Of a stretch of 48,363 bases of DNA, positions 1-8,890 are shown piece by piece. The position numbers were made by a program, and so were the translations under genes. Origin of the DNA: a virus (taxonomy: Duplodnaviria > Caudoviricetes); IMG/VR virus record IMGVR_UViG_3300037307_000742, positions 1 through 48,363 of that record. One strand, given 5' to 3'. How positions within the stretch are numbered: the stretch's first letter is position 1; each line of letters begins with the position of its first letter. Under the pieces are notes generated by a model. The model saw only the letters and a list, made by a program, of their open reading frames with translations, was not told where the DNA came from and searched no databases.

Positions 1-16
1 GCCCACCAAACCGGAT

Positions 17-98
<82 letters not shown>

Positions 99-144
99 CT
101 TTCCCTTAATAAACAAGGGGTTACGGCAGCACCAACTGCCTCGG

Positions 145-150
145 TTGACA
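145..150 (+). promoter_or_regulatory. TTGAC box (integrase, N14-ATG)
   Basis: GTTGACA TGCCCAACAGCGGC ATG. Confidence 0.65.
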
Positions 151-164
151 TGCCCAACAGCGGC

Positions 165-1493
165 ATGAATGAGGGTGGCGACAAAATGGCGACAAATCGG
201 GGGGAAGCCTCCCCCAAGGTGCGAAACAAAAAAGCAGGCCCCTACCACAAGGTCAAAGCGGGCTCCGCAGTGGTGCCAATCTACCGCACGGAATCCAAGG
301 GACGGGTCCGCTTCACCGTGAGCTTCTACCGGGACGGCCGCCGGATGCGGAAAATGTTCAACAGCCTGGAGGACGCCAAAAAGGAGGCGTTGTTCGTGGC
401 GCAGCGAATTCAATCCGGTATGCAGCACGTGACGGACCTCAAGCCGCACGAGCGCGACAGCTTCAAGGCGGCGGAGGCCCTGCTGGATAAACTCGGGATT
501 CCCCTCTATGCTGCCGTGGAGGATTACGTCCGCGCCCGCACCCTGGCCGGGAGTGAGTCGCTGACCGTGATGGCCACGGAATACGGGAAGATGTTCGGCA
601 ACATTGTTCGCCGCGCCACAGTCCCGGAGGTGGTGGCCGAACTGCTCAAGATCCGCGAACAGGACGGGGCGAGCACCAAGTATCTCGGCCAGCTCCGCAC
701 CACGCTGAACCGCCTCGCGGCCAAGTTCCCCGGACCAATTCTCGAAGTGACCGGGCCGGACGTGGACGCCTGGTTGCGGTCGTTGGACATCGTGGCGACC
801 ACGCGCAATTCGATGCTCCGGTGCATCAAGGTGCTCTTCTCATTCGCCAAGGCTCAGAACTACCTGCCGGACGAGAAGACCACCGCTGTTGAATCCATCC
901 CGCAGGTGCGCGTGAAACTCGATGACGTGACGATCTTCACGCCCGAGGAGATGACGAGGCTGCTTCACCACGCACCGCCCCATATCGTGCCCATTCTCGC
1001 CATCGGGGCTTTCGCCGGAATCCGCATGGCGGAACTCAACCGGCTCGACTGGAAGGCGGTGGATCTGGAACGTCGGATCATCGAGATTCGTGCCGGCCAA
1101 GCCAAGACGGCATCCCGCCGCGTCATTCCGATCAGCGACAACCTCGCGGCCTGGCTGACCCCGCTGGAGAAGAAGGGGAAAATCGTCCGGACGAAGGAAT
1201 TGCAAACCCATGTGCCAGCACTGGCCCGCGCACTCAAAATGGAGTGGCCGCGCAACGTGCTTCGCGATTCATTCATCAGCTACCGCATTGCCATCGTCCA
1301 GAGTGCCGATCAGGTGGCGCTTGAGGCTGGCAACTCGCCTTCGATGATCTTCAAACACTACCGGGAGCTGACTACGCCCGAGGTCGCGGAGAAGTGGTTC
1401 GCCATTCTGCCCAAGGACGGCCAGTGGGAAAACACCCTCACCTATGATCGCAAGAAGCGGCGGGTGACCCTGAACGGCGCGGAGGTCAAGTGA
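165..1493 (+). CDS. int: Tyrosine recombinase / phage integrase
   Basis: AFAGIRMAEL (Arg I), AKT (Lys), RNVLRDSF (HxxR box variant), GNS...KHY (Tyr). The track start at 60 overlaps the tRNA; ATG165 or ATG186 is more plausible. Confidence 0.9.
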   Translation: MNEGGDKMATNRGEASPKVRNKKAGPYHKVKAGSAVVPIYRTESKGRVRFTVSFYRDGRRMRKMFNSLEDAKKEALFVAQRIQSGMQHVTDLKPHERDSFKAAEALLDKLGIPLYAAVEDYVRARTLAGSESLTVMATEYGKMFGNIVRRATVPEVVAELLKIREQDGASTKYLGQLRTTLNRLAAKFPGPILEVTGPDVDAWLRSLDIVATTRNSMLRCIKVLFSFAKAQNYLPDEKTTAVESIPQVRVKLDDVTIFTPEEMTRLLHHAPPHIVPILAIGAFAGIRMAELNRLDWKAVDLERRIIEIRAGQAKTASRRVIPISDNLAAWLTPLEKKGKIVRTKELQTHVPALARALKMEWPRNVLRDSFISYRIAIVQSADQVALEAGNSPSMIFKHYRELTTPEVAEKWFAILPKDGQWENTLTYDRKKRRVTLNGAEVK

Positions 1494-1673
1494 TCCCGTT
1501 CAATCCGCGCGCCAACGATGCCTAACGGACGCGGAATGGTTTTGTGGGGGGCGGTCATATTGCCATCCCTTGTGCGGCCGGAACGTGCTCCTACGCGACA
1601 CCAAACGCAAAATCCGGGGCTGGGAAAGAAGTCTCCCAACCCCGGATTTGTGACGGACGAAAAATGGTGCTGC

Positions 1674-1865
1674 TCAGGCCTTGAAACTCTGGTTCGACTG
1701 CCCGTCGTCCAGCAAGTCACCGATGCGGTTCACTGCGTCCTTGAGGATCGAGGCGGCGGCGAACACGATCACGCCGACCTTCGGATCGACGAATGGAATG
1801 ACGTTGAGGGCGGAAACAAGTCCGGCGATTTTCCCGACAAAGCTGAGATATTTGAGTGCTTTCAT
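1674..1865 (-). CDS. Small membrane protein, holin-like
   Basis: 63 aa with two hydrophobic stretches; last gene of the late operon; TTGACA box 16 nt upstream. Confidence 0.55.
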   Translation of the reverse strand: MKALKYLSFVGKIAGLVSALNVIPFVDPKVGVIVFAAASILKDAVNRIGDLLDDGQSNQSFKA

Positions 1866-1881
1866 GGCGACCGGGAAGCGG

Positions 1882-1887
1882 TGTCAA
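1882..1887 (-). promoter_or_regulatory. TTGAC box (N16-ATG)
   Basis: GTTGACA CCGCTTCCCGGTCGCC ATG. Confidence 0.7.
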
Positions 1888-1960
1888 CGAGTAAGCGCCT
1901 GTCGGTCAGCACCGGCCATTTGACTTTGATTGAGACGAACGCTATTCACGAGCCGAGCCA

Positions 1961-2314
1961 ATGAGTTTCATACCAAACAACGCCTGCTTGGGGAGAATGC
2001 CGTTTGGCGAGTTCCTCGCCCTGACTTCACAATTCATCCCCTACGAGAATAGGCTGGAAATGTTTCCAACCGTGAAGCGGGAATGTGACGAGGCGGCAAA
2101 GGGGAGTCCAGGCGCACTTTGGCAAACACTCAGTAGTGAGAGGCTGATTCAGATGCTGAGCGAGCAAGAGACTTCGCGGATTGTGACGCTAAAGTTCCAC
2201 GCAGACACAGCGAGCGTTTATGTCCAAGATGCCGAAACCTCCGAGGAAATCGGATTTCTTGTCACGTGGGATGCCCGAAAAATCTTTGAAAAATGGCATC
2301 AGGAAAATGGATAA
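1961..2314 (+). CDS. Hypothetical protein (moron)
   Basis: 117-aa ORF, lower GC, opposite strand to the late genes. Confidence 0.55.
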   Translation: MSFIPNNACLGRMPFGEFLALTSQFIPYENRLEMFPTVKRECDEAAKGSPGALWQTLSSERLIQMLSEQETSRIVTLKFHADTASVYVQDAETSEEIGFLVTWDARKIFEKWHQENG

Positions 2315-2403
2315 TTTCTACTCTCCTGATTTTTGAGAAAAAATTTCGGGCGATTTGAGCCTACCCCTACATTTGTCCCACCCCTCTATCGTAGAATATC
2401 ACC

Positions 2404-3375
2404 ATGGTCGCCAATTCACTCACGCCCCACACCCCTGAAGACGCCGCTGGTGATCGTGCAAACCGGTGGGGCGGTCTGCCCATGCTCGATTTCAGCGGCA
2501 CAACGACCGAAATTCTCAGACGAATCCCCCGCTTTGAGAAGTTGGCACCCGATCGGCTGGGTATGGGAGGAAACGCGCATGCCGACGTTGTGGTGGCGCA
2601 CATGAACGACGGACGGCAACCAGTCCCGGTGGGTTTAGTTTCCAAGACCTACAACCTCGTGCAGCACGGAGAACTCATCGAGCGTGCCCTCAAATGGATC
2701 AAGTCGGTGCCTGGTGCCACAATGCCGGATCAAATCGAGTTGAGCGCGACACCGAATTTTGAGCGAATTTTTGCCAAGTTTGATTTAGGTGAGGGCCTTT
2801 CAATTTCGCCAGATGGCAAGCCGGTCAGTTTGCAGTTGGTCTGCCGCAACTCCGTTGATGGCATTACTGCGATACGAGCACGGCTCGGATGGTATCGTTT
2901 GGTCTGCTCCAACGGCATGATCGTTGGGGTGACACTTGGGAGAACCCGCCTCACCCACAAGCCTGAAGCTGATCTGAACGATGCATTCACTCCGTTAAGC
3001 GAAGAGATGTCGATAGTGGCGAAGGACAGGAGCATGATTCAGAAATGGGCAGGCACAACTGTCTCGATGGACCGAATCAGATCATGGGCAGACGGCCCGC
3101 TTGCAAAGGCTTGGAATCCTCTCGCTGCGTGCAGGGTATGGGCTATCTCGTCCACCGGCAGGGATGCGAGGTTTGTTCCTCCTTTCGAGAAAATACCGCC
3201 AAGTAGGCGGATCGTCGAACTGTTGAAGCATGTCCCCGGATCTCCGAATCGAGCCGAGACCATCTACGATGTCGTCCAAGCGATGAGTTGGGTAGCCTCC
3301 CGACGGACTGACGTTGATGAGGTTGAGCATAGGCAGCGCCAAATTGGCGAACTCGCGGAATCCCTGATGAACTGA
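2404..3375 (+). CDS. DUF932/DUF945-family protein
   Basis: VGLVSKTYNLVQH...NSVDG...YRLVCSNG motif typical of the family. Confidence 0.75.
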   Translation: MVANSLTPHTPEDAAGDRANRWGGLPMLDFSGTTTEILRRIPRFEKLAPDRLGMGGNAHADVVVAHMNDGRQPVPVGLVSKTYNLVQHGELIERALKWIKSVPGATMPDQIELSATPNFERIFAKFDLGEGLSISPDGKPVSLQLVCRNSVDGITAIRARLGWYRLVCSNGMIVGVTLGRTRLTHKPEADLNDAFTPLSEEMSIVAKDRSMIQKWAGTTVSMDRIRSWADGPLAKAWNPLAACRVWAISSTGRDARFVPPFEKIPPSRRIVELLKHVPGSPNRAETIYDVVQAMSWVASRRTDVDEVEHRQRQIGELAESLMN

Positions 3376-3407
3376 AAGGCTGATACCATAAGCCACTATT
3401 CTGATCA

Positions 3408-3794
3408 ATGAACGCTAATGACCAATGCGAATGCCTGAGATGCGGACCCAAGGATTACGACAAGATGGTCGTCGGGGTCGATGAGACGAATGGTCGCTAT
3501 GGCGATGTTTCCGTCTTAACTTGCAGAGGTTGCCGCCGTCGTTGGCTTTACTATTTCGCCGAGTATGAGGCATTCACCGCATCTGGAAGATGGATTCGTG
3601 GCATTCTTCCAGACAACCATCCTTTGCCTCTCACCCCTCAAAATGCCGTTCCGATACTCAACACGCTCCCTTGGTACGTCTATGGTGGTAGCGCATTCCC
3701 TTCGTGCCCAAGGGGAAGTCGTGCGCGAGGTAATGCACCTGCTGACCTCACGGCATTACCCGGTGAGTTTGTCCCCACTCCTTCATTCCCATGA
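3408..3794 (+). CDS. Hypothetical Cys-motif protein (moron)
   Basis: 128 aa with CECLRC and CRGC motifs. Confidence 0.55.
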   Translation: MNANDQCECLRCGPKDYDKMVVGVDETNGRYGDVSVLTCRGCRRRWLYYFAEYEAFTASGRWIRGILPDNHPLPLTPQNAVPILNTLPWYVYGGSAFPSCPRGSRARGNAPADLTALPGEFVPTPSFP

Positions 3795-3826
3795 TCGAAG
3801 TGCCTCGGCGCATTGCAGACCTCTCG

Positions 3827-4015
3827 CTACCTCCCCCGCCACTTTCGCACCATTGCCACTAGCGACATGACGCCAACGGCCAAGCCCACGCAGAGCGACG
3901 CCACCCGCAGTGTCCACTCGACTTGCTCTTGAAGAGACGTGATTACCCCAAGCACCGGCGAGGCGATGCCGATGATGGCTTTGGAAACGTAGTCGATGTC
4001 GATAGGGTGGCGCAT
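3827..4015 (-). CDS. Small two-TM membrane protein, holin-like
   Basis: 62 aa, two hydrophobic segments, basic C-terminus RKWRGR; TTGACA box 16 nt upstream. Confidence 0.6.
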   Translation of the reverse strand: MRHPIDIDYVSKAIIGIASPVLGVITSLQEQVEWTLRVASLCVGLAVGVMSLVAMVRKWRGR

Positions 4016-4031
4016 GGCGGCAAGTGGGCGG

Positions 4032-4037
4032 TGTCAA
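4032..4037 (-). promoter_or_regulatory. TTGAC box (N16-ATG)
   Basis: ATTGACA CCGCCCACTTGCCGCC ATG. Confidence 0.7.
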
Positions 4038-4417
4038 TCGCCTGTCTGGGCTGGTGGGTTTTGGGCTGGCTTGACCTTCCCTTGGAGGATCGAGAGCCAG
4101 AGGTTGCTGCGGGTCTTGGCTGCGGCGTTGCCGCCGTAGTTTGGGCGGTCGGCCTCGGCTTTGACATGGAGCAGCGTTTGCTTGTCTGCCATGTGCGCGA
4201 AGCGGGATTGCGTCCGGAGGAATCGAGCAATCTTGGCTCGCTGGTTGAGCTGGAGCAGGTCGTTCAGGGCCGAGACGGTGGCCTGCGCGGCGGCAATGTT
4301 CTCCGGTGTGTCCAGCGCGCTCGTCTCGGCAAGCGGCTCGGTGGTGGCATCAGCCGTCTGCCCCACCACGGGAGCGATGAGGCAGACGGAGAAGAGCAAT
4401 GAAATGGCGGCTTTCAT
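4034..4417 (-). CDS. Hypothetical protein with signal peptide
   Basis: N-terminus MKAAISLLFSVCLIAPVVGQ; stop TGA lies within the next TTGACA box. Confidence 0.65.
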   Translation of the reverse strand: MKAAISLLFSVCLIAPVVGQTADATTEPLAETSALDTPENIAAAQATVSALNDLLQLNQRAKIARFLRTQSRFAHMADKQTLLHVKAEADRPNYGGNAAAKTRSNLWLSILQGKVKPAQNPPAQTGD

Positions 4418-4424
4418 CGAGGGA

Positions 4425-5072
4425 TCATTGATCGATGTCGAGTTGCAGGGCGACGAGGTCGGCCGAGATTTCCGCGAGCCATGCGTTGGCGGCGGCATCA
4501 CGGGTTGGAATGGCCAGCAACAGTTCCTTCTGCGTGCGGGTCACCTCGATCTGCTCGGCCTTGGTGAGGGTGGCGCGCTGGGCCTTGAAGAAGGCGCGGC
4601 AGCCACCGGGATGGGCGCTGCGAGTCTTGAGCACCGCCCAGACCTGGTTCTTGAACTCGGACGAGGCCGTCGGGCGGCTTGCCAAAGCGCATGCCAGATC
4701 ATAGCGGGAGGCGACCATTTCGTCCGTCCAGCCGATGATGTCGCCATCCCAGAACTTCACGGTGGCCCGGGCGCGGGTGACGCCGTCCCCGGTCTTGGAA
4801 CTCGTGGCGATTGCACGGAACGCAGCCTTGTAGGCATCGGCTCCCCCGCGTGCGGTTTCCACCTCGGCGACGATCACGGATTCCATCTTGCTGATGGTGG
4901 AACCGGCGAGGATTTGGTTTTTCAGGGCGAGTGCCTCGGGGGATGCGGCGGCTTCGGTTTTCTTGGCGGCGACCAGCGCGGACCAGTCGGCTTCACGAGC
5001 GGTCGGTTCCTGGGCTTGGATGTGGATTACCCCCGCGACGAGCAGGGCCAGCAGTGTCAGTTTCGGTTTCAT
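4425..5072 (-). CDS. Hypothetical helical protein with signal peptide
   Basis: N-terminus MKPKLTLLALLVAGVIHIQAQ. Confidence 0.7.
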   Translation of the reverse strand: MKPKLTLLALLVAGVIHIQAQEPTAREADWSALVAAKKTEAAASPEALALKNQILAGSTISKMESVIVAEVETARGGADAYKAAFRAIATSSKTGDGVTRARATVKFWDGDIIGWTDEMVASRYDLACALASRPTASSEFKNQVWAVLKTRSAHPGGCRAFFKAQRATLTKAEQIEVTRTQKELLLAIPTRDAAANAWLAEISADLVALQLDIDQ

Positions 5073-5115
5073 AGGTTGAGTGTCGGTTCGGGTGAGCGTG
5101 TCAATTCGGTGTGGA

Positions 5116-5835
5116 TCACATTGCCTTCCACGAGCTGCCGTCGTGGCAGTAGAACTTGTTGTCAGTGGTGTTGAAGTAGAGGTCGCCCGCCGAATAGTCG
5201 GTGCCGTAGGTGCCGCTTGGTGCGGCGGACAGCCGGCCATGGAAACGCATCAGCGGCTTGTCGCGGGAGGTGGCGAATCCGTCCCAGGTGATGTTGAAGT
5301 TGGAGGCACCATTCGCCTGAACTTCGACTGCTTTCTCTGTAGTGACCTGTCCGGGCGTGTAGCTGCTTGCCGCAATGAGAACTCCTGGACTGCTGGTGAG
5401 ATCGCCCGAGCCGAGAGACAGGTCGCGCCAGACGGTTAGCGCCGGGGAAGTGAAAAATGTATCTTGAACTGCCTTCACGGCCGCCGCCCCGCTGCTGCTC
5501 CATCCGAGCAACGCAATACCGTCAAGTGGTGTTGGCGTGCGGGCGATGACGGCGTGATTCTGATTGGCAGTCACGCTGAGTTGGCCATCCACTCCAAATG
5601 CGACCAGTCCCGAATTGTTGACCTGCACCTGTCCGCTGTATCCCGAATAGCTGCCGCTGGTGCGCATGGTGCCGTTGAGCAGGAGCATGCTTTCAGGATC
5701 AAACGTGAGCACCCGGCCCGGCCCCATGACAAGGTTACTGGTGACCGCGTTGGTTGTCGGGTTCTTGGTGACGGCGGCGCTCTGGGCGAACGCCTTGCCA
5801 CTCAGGAGAAGGAGGGTGAAAAGAATCGGCTTCAT
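5116..5835 (-). CDS. Putative fibre/adhesin-like protein with signal peptide
   Basis: Signal MKPILFTLLLLSGKAFAQ; beta-rich Gly/Ser/Thr body; C-terminal GDLYFNTTDNKFYCHDGSSW motif resembling tail-fibre ends. Confidence 0.6.
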   Translation of the reverse strand: MKPILFTLLLLSGKAFAQSAAVTKNPTTNAVTSNLVMGPGRVLTFDPESMLLLNGTMRTSGSYSGYSGQVQVNNSGLVAFGVDGQLSVTANQNHAVIARTPTPLDGIALLGWSSSGAAAVKAVQDTFFTSPALTVWRDLSLGSGDLTSSPGVLIAASSYTPGQVTTEKAVEVQANGASNFNITWDGFATSRDKPLMRFHGRLSAAPSGTYGTDYSAGDLYFNTTDNKFYCHDGSSWKAM

Positions 5836-5841
5836 GGGATG

Positions 5842-6663
5842 TCAGAGGATTTGTTTCCAGATGCGGGCGTTGGTGGTGGCGTTGTAATCGTTGGGCCGGA
5901 TGATGCCGGGAGACGCGGTGGAGTTGGTGCCGGCCTTGAGCTGGTAGAAGGCGAGCGTGCTGCCGTTGACGATGCCGAGCACCCGGTCGAGCGGTAGCGC
6001 GGTGGTTGCGATGGCAGCGAGAGCGTTGGTGCCTGTGCCGGTGAGCGTGGTGATGGTCGGGTCGATCAGGATGCCGCCCGGGAGATGGGCTACGGGCACC
6101 TTGCCGCCGGCATCGAGTGGGGCGTAGCCATTCGCCACACCTTTCGCTGTCTTGAGTTCGATGCTGGTTGCGGCGGGATACGCTGGTTCCGCCGAGACGG
6201 GCACGCCTTCGGTCCCGCGGTTCACGTCGTTTTCGACCACCACCAGGAACGTGCGCGTGGATGTCGGTTGGCCTGCCCCCTCGCGCCAGGTGATTTCACC
6301 CATGAGCGTGATTTCGGCCAGTTCGGTGCCGGTGGATGATCCAACGCCGAGGGCGGAATCGAGCTCCACCGTGTTGAAGCTCGGCGAGCACTGATAGACG
6401 GGTGACTCCGCGCCGGCCGCAGGCATCGTCCAAACCGAGTCGTGGACCAGATAGCCGATGTCGTAGCGGTTGCGCGGCTTGATGCCGAATTGGATTTCGA
6501 GCGCCAGTGGATTGCCGATGGCAACCGGCGTGATCCCGCCGTCTAGGAATGCCACTTCAAGCTGGGCCGCGTCACCGCGTTTGAAGCGCAGCGAGGTGAT
6601 GGGATTGCGGAAACCGGGTCCTTCGATGAGTTGCAGGGTTTCCAGATCGACGTGGAGCTTCAC
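5842..6663 (-). CDS. Putative baseplate-upper / tail fibre attachment protein
   Basis: KRGD-type N-terminal domain, KGVANGYAPLDAGGKVP fibre motif, distal tail position. Confidence 0.55.
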   Translation of the reverse strand: MKLHVDLETLQLIEGPGFRNPITSLRFKRGDAAQLEVAFLDGGITPVAIGNPLALEIQFGIKPRNRYDIGYLVHDSVWTMPAAGAESPVYQCSPSFNTVELDSALGVGSSTGTELAEITLMGEITWREGAGQPTSTRTFLVVVENDVNRGTEGVPVSAEPAYPAATSIELKTAKGVANGYAPLDAGGKVPVAHLPGGILIDPTITTLTGTGTNALAAIATTALPLDRVLGIVNGSTLAFYQLKAGTNSTASPGIIRPNDYNATTNARIWKQIL

Positions 6664-6676
6664 GCCCGTGGTGCCC

Positions 6677-6682
6677 TGTCAA
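6677..6682 (-). promoter_or_regulatory. TTGAC box (N13-GTG)
   Basis: GTTGACA GGGCACCACGGGC GTG. Confidence 0.7.
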
Positions 6683-6688
6683 CCGCTC

Positions 6689-7114
6689 TCACCATTTCCC
6701 CTGGGGGCAGTGCTGTGACCGCATTCGGGACTTGAGGGCGGAGAAGCATCCACACAACTCGCAGCGATTCTGGCCGTGGATGAAGTGCTGGCAGGTCCGG
6801 CAGGTTTCCATCCGGCGGGCGATTTCCTCGTCTATCACTTGCGGCACGCCGGACACCCGCGCCTTGACCTCATGGATCGCCGCCCGCGCCAGAGTCGCCG
6901 CCATGACCGGCAGCGGCGGAGTGGTCTGGTAGCGGCGTGGTGGCGGTGCCTCGGGCTGCGGCTTGGGTCGGAATTGATCGCGCAGTTCGGCCAGCGCCTC
7001 GGCGGAGATTTCCAGCCACTCGCCCTCGACGACGCCACGCGACAGCACCGCCTCCACATACCCGGGCGGCCGGGACGGGGCGGCTTCGTGGATTTTGGCG
7101 ATGCGGAGTTTCAT
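6689..7114 (-). CDS. Hypothetical protein with C-terminal Cys cluster (CxxC...CxxCGC...CPxGKW)
   Basis: RMETCRTC...RCELCGCF...HCPQGKW; start overlaps the upstream stop. Confidence 0.65.
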   Translation of the reverse strand: MKLRIAKIHEAAPSRPPGYVEAVLSRGVVEGEWLEISAEALAELRDQFRPKPQPEAPPPRRYQTTPPLPVMAATLARAAIHEVKARVSGVPQVIDEEIARRMETCRTCQHFIHGQNRCELCGCFSALKSRMRSQHCPQGKW

Positions 7115-8334
7115 GGCGCGGCGGGTTCCCAGAACGGATCAGGCCAGCCGTTCGGCTGCGGGTTTTCGGAGTCGGATACATCCGGCTCGTAGTCCGGCAG
7201 GTAGGAAAACTTCAGGATGCTCACCACCACGGTCGCCGCCCGCCCCTCCGTTCCGAGTTCCGGGGCCTGCACCTCGATGGGATCGCCGTGGATGAGATTG
7301 GCCGGATCGTCCGCTGGCTTGTGCGGGTCGGTGAAACACGGGCTGCCGGTGCCGGTCCACTCGTAGGTGGTCGAGTCGTCATGCGTGACTTCCTCCGAAA
7401 CCGGTGGATCCGAGCCGGAGTCTCCTGCGACGGTGGTGGTTTTGCGAAACCACACCTTGAGGTAGCACGTTCCGGTCGGGTGGTGCCTGATGCGGAACTG
7501 CATCTGCTGCTTGATCGAGTTGCCGTTTGAGTCCTGATCGTGCGAGGCCACGGAAAACCCCGTTGCGTAGCGGCCCCGCGATTGGCCTGGTTCCAGCGGC
7601 GGAAGCTCCGGGTCTTCATCCTCGCCCGGCCATGGCCCGTATTCCGGGAATTCGCATGTCGGTTCAACTGGGCCGGAATACTCGACCACGGGGGCTGGTC
7701 CCGGGTCCGGGTCAAAGACGATGGCTTCGGTCCAGTTGGAGAAAAAGCAGGGATAGTAGCGGGTGAAGAGGTCGCGGTATTCCCAATCCAACACGCACGA
7801 GTTGCCGGTCGGGCCGGTCCATCCATTCACGTCATCGTAGGTGCGGGAGCAATCATAGCCGCCGGGGTCCACGTATCCCTCGCCGCCCTCACCCGCTTCC
7901 CATGTGACATGAACTTCCGAGCTGCCTGTTTGGCTGAAGCTGGAATCGCACTGCTTGGTTTCGGCGTTGTAGGTGTGTGTGGTGGTGGTGATCACCTCCT
8001 CAAAGCCGCTGCCGCTGGTGCATGCGCCAACGCCACCCGCTCCGCCCGGGTCCTCCGGATCATAGGTCAGGTCGAGCCTTTCCGTCAGAATGATCGTGCC
8101 CGAGCAGTCGGTCAAAACGCCCTCGCAGTAACCGTTTTCGTCCCGTGAGTAGGTGACGACCTCGCGCAAACCCTGGCTGGTGGTGGTGACGATGCTGTAA
8201 AACGTCTTGTCCTCCGGGTCCGGACGTTGGCTGCCGCAAGGTGCGAACCAGCACTTCACCCACCGGCTCTCGGGTTTTGGTTCGACGCCCGGGGGCAAGC
8301 GGCAGCAGTCACAGGCGTGGTTGGGTTCGGCCAT
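7111..8334 (-). CDS. Acidic Cys/Pro-rich putative tail protein
   Basis: 407 aa, about 15 Cys, strongly acidic, in the tail module. Confidence 0.6.
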   Translation of the reverse strand: MAEPNHACDCCRLPPGVEPKPESRWVKCWFAPCGSQRPDPEDKTFYSIVTTTSQGLREVVTYSRDENGYCEGVLTDCSGTIILTERLDLTYDPEDPGGAGGVGACTSGSGFEEVITTTTHTYNAETKQCDSSFSQTGSSEVHVTWEAGEGGEGYVDPGGYDCSRTYDDVNGWTGPTGNSCVLDWEYRDLFTRYYPCFFSNWTEAIVFDPDPGPAPVVEYSGPVEPTCEFPEYGPWPGEDEDPELPPLEPGQSRGRYATGFSVASHDQDSNGNSIKQQMQFRIRHHPTGTCYLKVWFRKTTTVAGDSGSDPPVSEEVTHDDSTTYEWTGTGSPCFTDPHKPADDPANLIHGDPIEVQAPELGTEGRAATVVVSILKFSYLPDYEPDVSDSENPQPNGWPDPFWEPAAP

Positions 8335-8337
8335 GGT

Positions 8338-8883
8338 TCAGGAAATCGACATGCCGAAATAGGGTGCCTCGCCCGCATACCATTTGCGGCAGACCGTGAC
8401 GTTGACCGGCCCGCATCCGTGCTGAGAGATCGCTCCTTTGTCATCCACGGAGCCGAGCAGATAATACGAAATCGTCTCGGTGGATTCGGGGACGTCGGCC
8501 AGAGCAACGATTTCGGCTTCATAGGTGCCGTCCTCGCCGTTGAGCGTGATTTTCGCGCAGACAAGCTTGCCCTTGTTGCTGTCCAGGATGCCGAGGTCCT
8601 TGTCCTCGTCGAAGATCACGTTGCCGACGCTGCCGAGGCCGACGAACAGATGCTTGGTGGTTTGTCCTCCCGGCGTCTTGGAAAACACGGCGAGGTTCCC
8701 GCATGAAGTGCCCGCCTCGCCGGAAGCGTGGTTGCGCGCCCGGAATGAGAACCCGCCCGAACTCCAAACCAGCTCGGTGCCGGGGCCGGGTCGCGGGGTG
8801 CGGGCTTCCAGCGCGTCGATGAGCAGGTTCCAGTCCTTGGCGAGGATCGGATTGCCGGGGCGTTTCTTTGACGGCAGGCGCAT
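8338..8883 (-). CDS. Putative tail protein
   Basis: ATG 7 nt after the upstream stop (MRLPSKKRPGNPILAKDWN). Confidence 0.6.
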   Translation of the reverse strand: MRLPSKKRPGNPILAKDWNLLIDALEARTPRPGPGTELVWSSGGFSFRARNHASGEAGTSCGNLAVFSKTPGGQTTKHLFVGLGSVGNVIFDEDKDLGILDSNKGKLVCAKITLNGEDGTYEAEIVALADVPESTETISYYLLGSVDDKGAISQHGCGPVNVTVCRKWYAGEAPYFGMSIS

Positions 8884-8890
8884 GGGTCGG

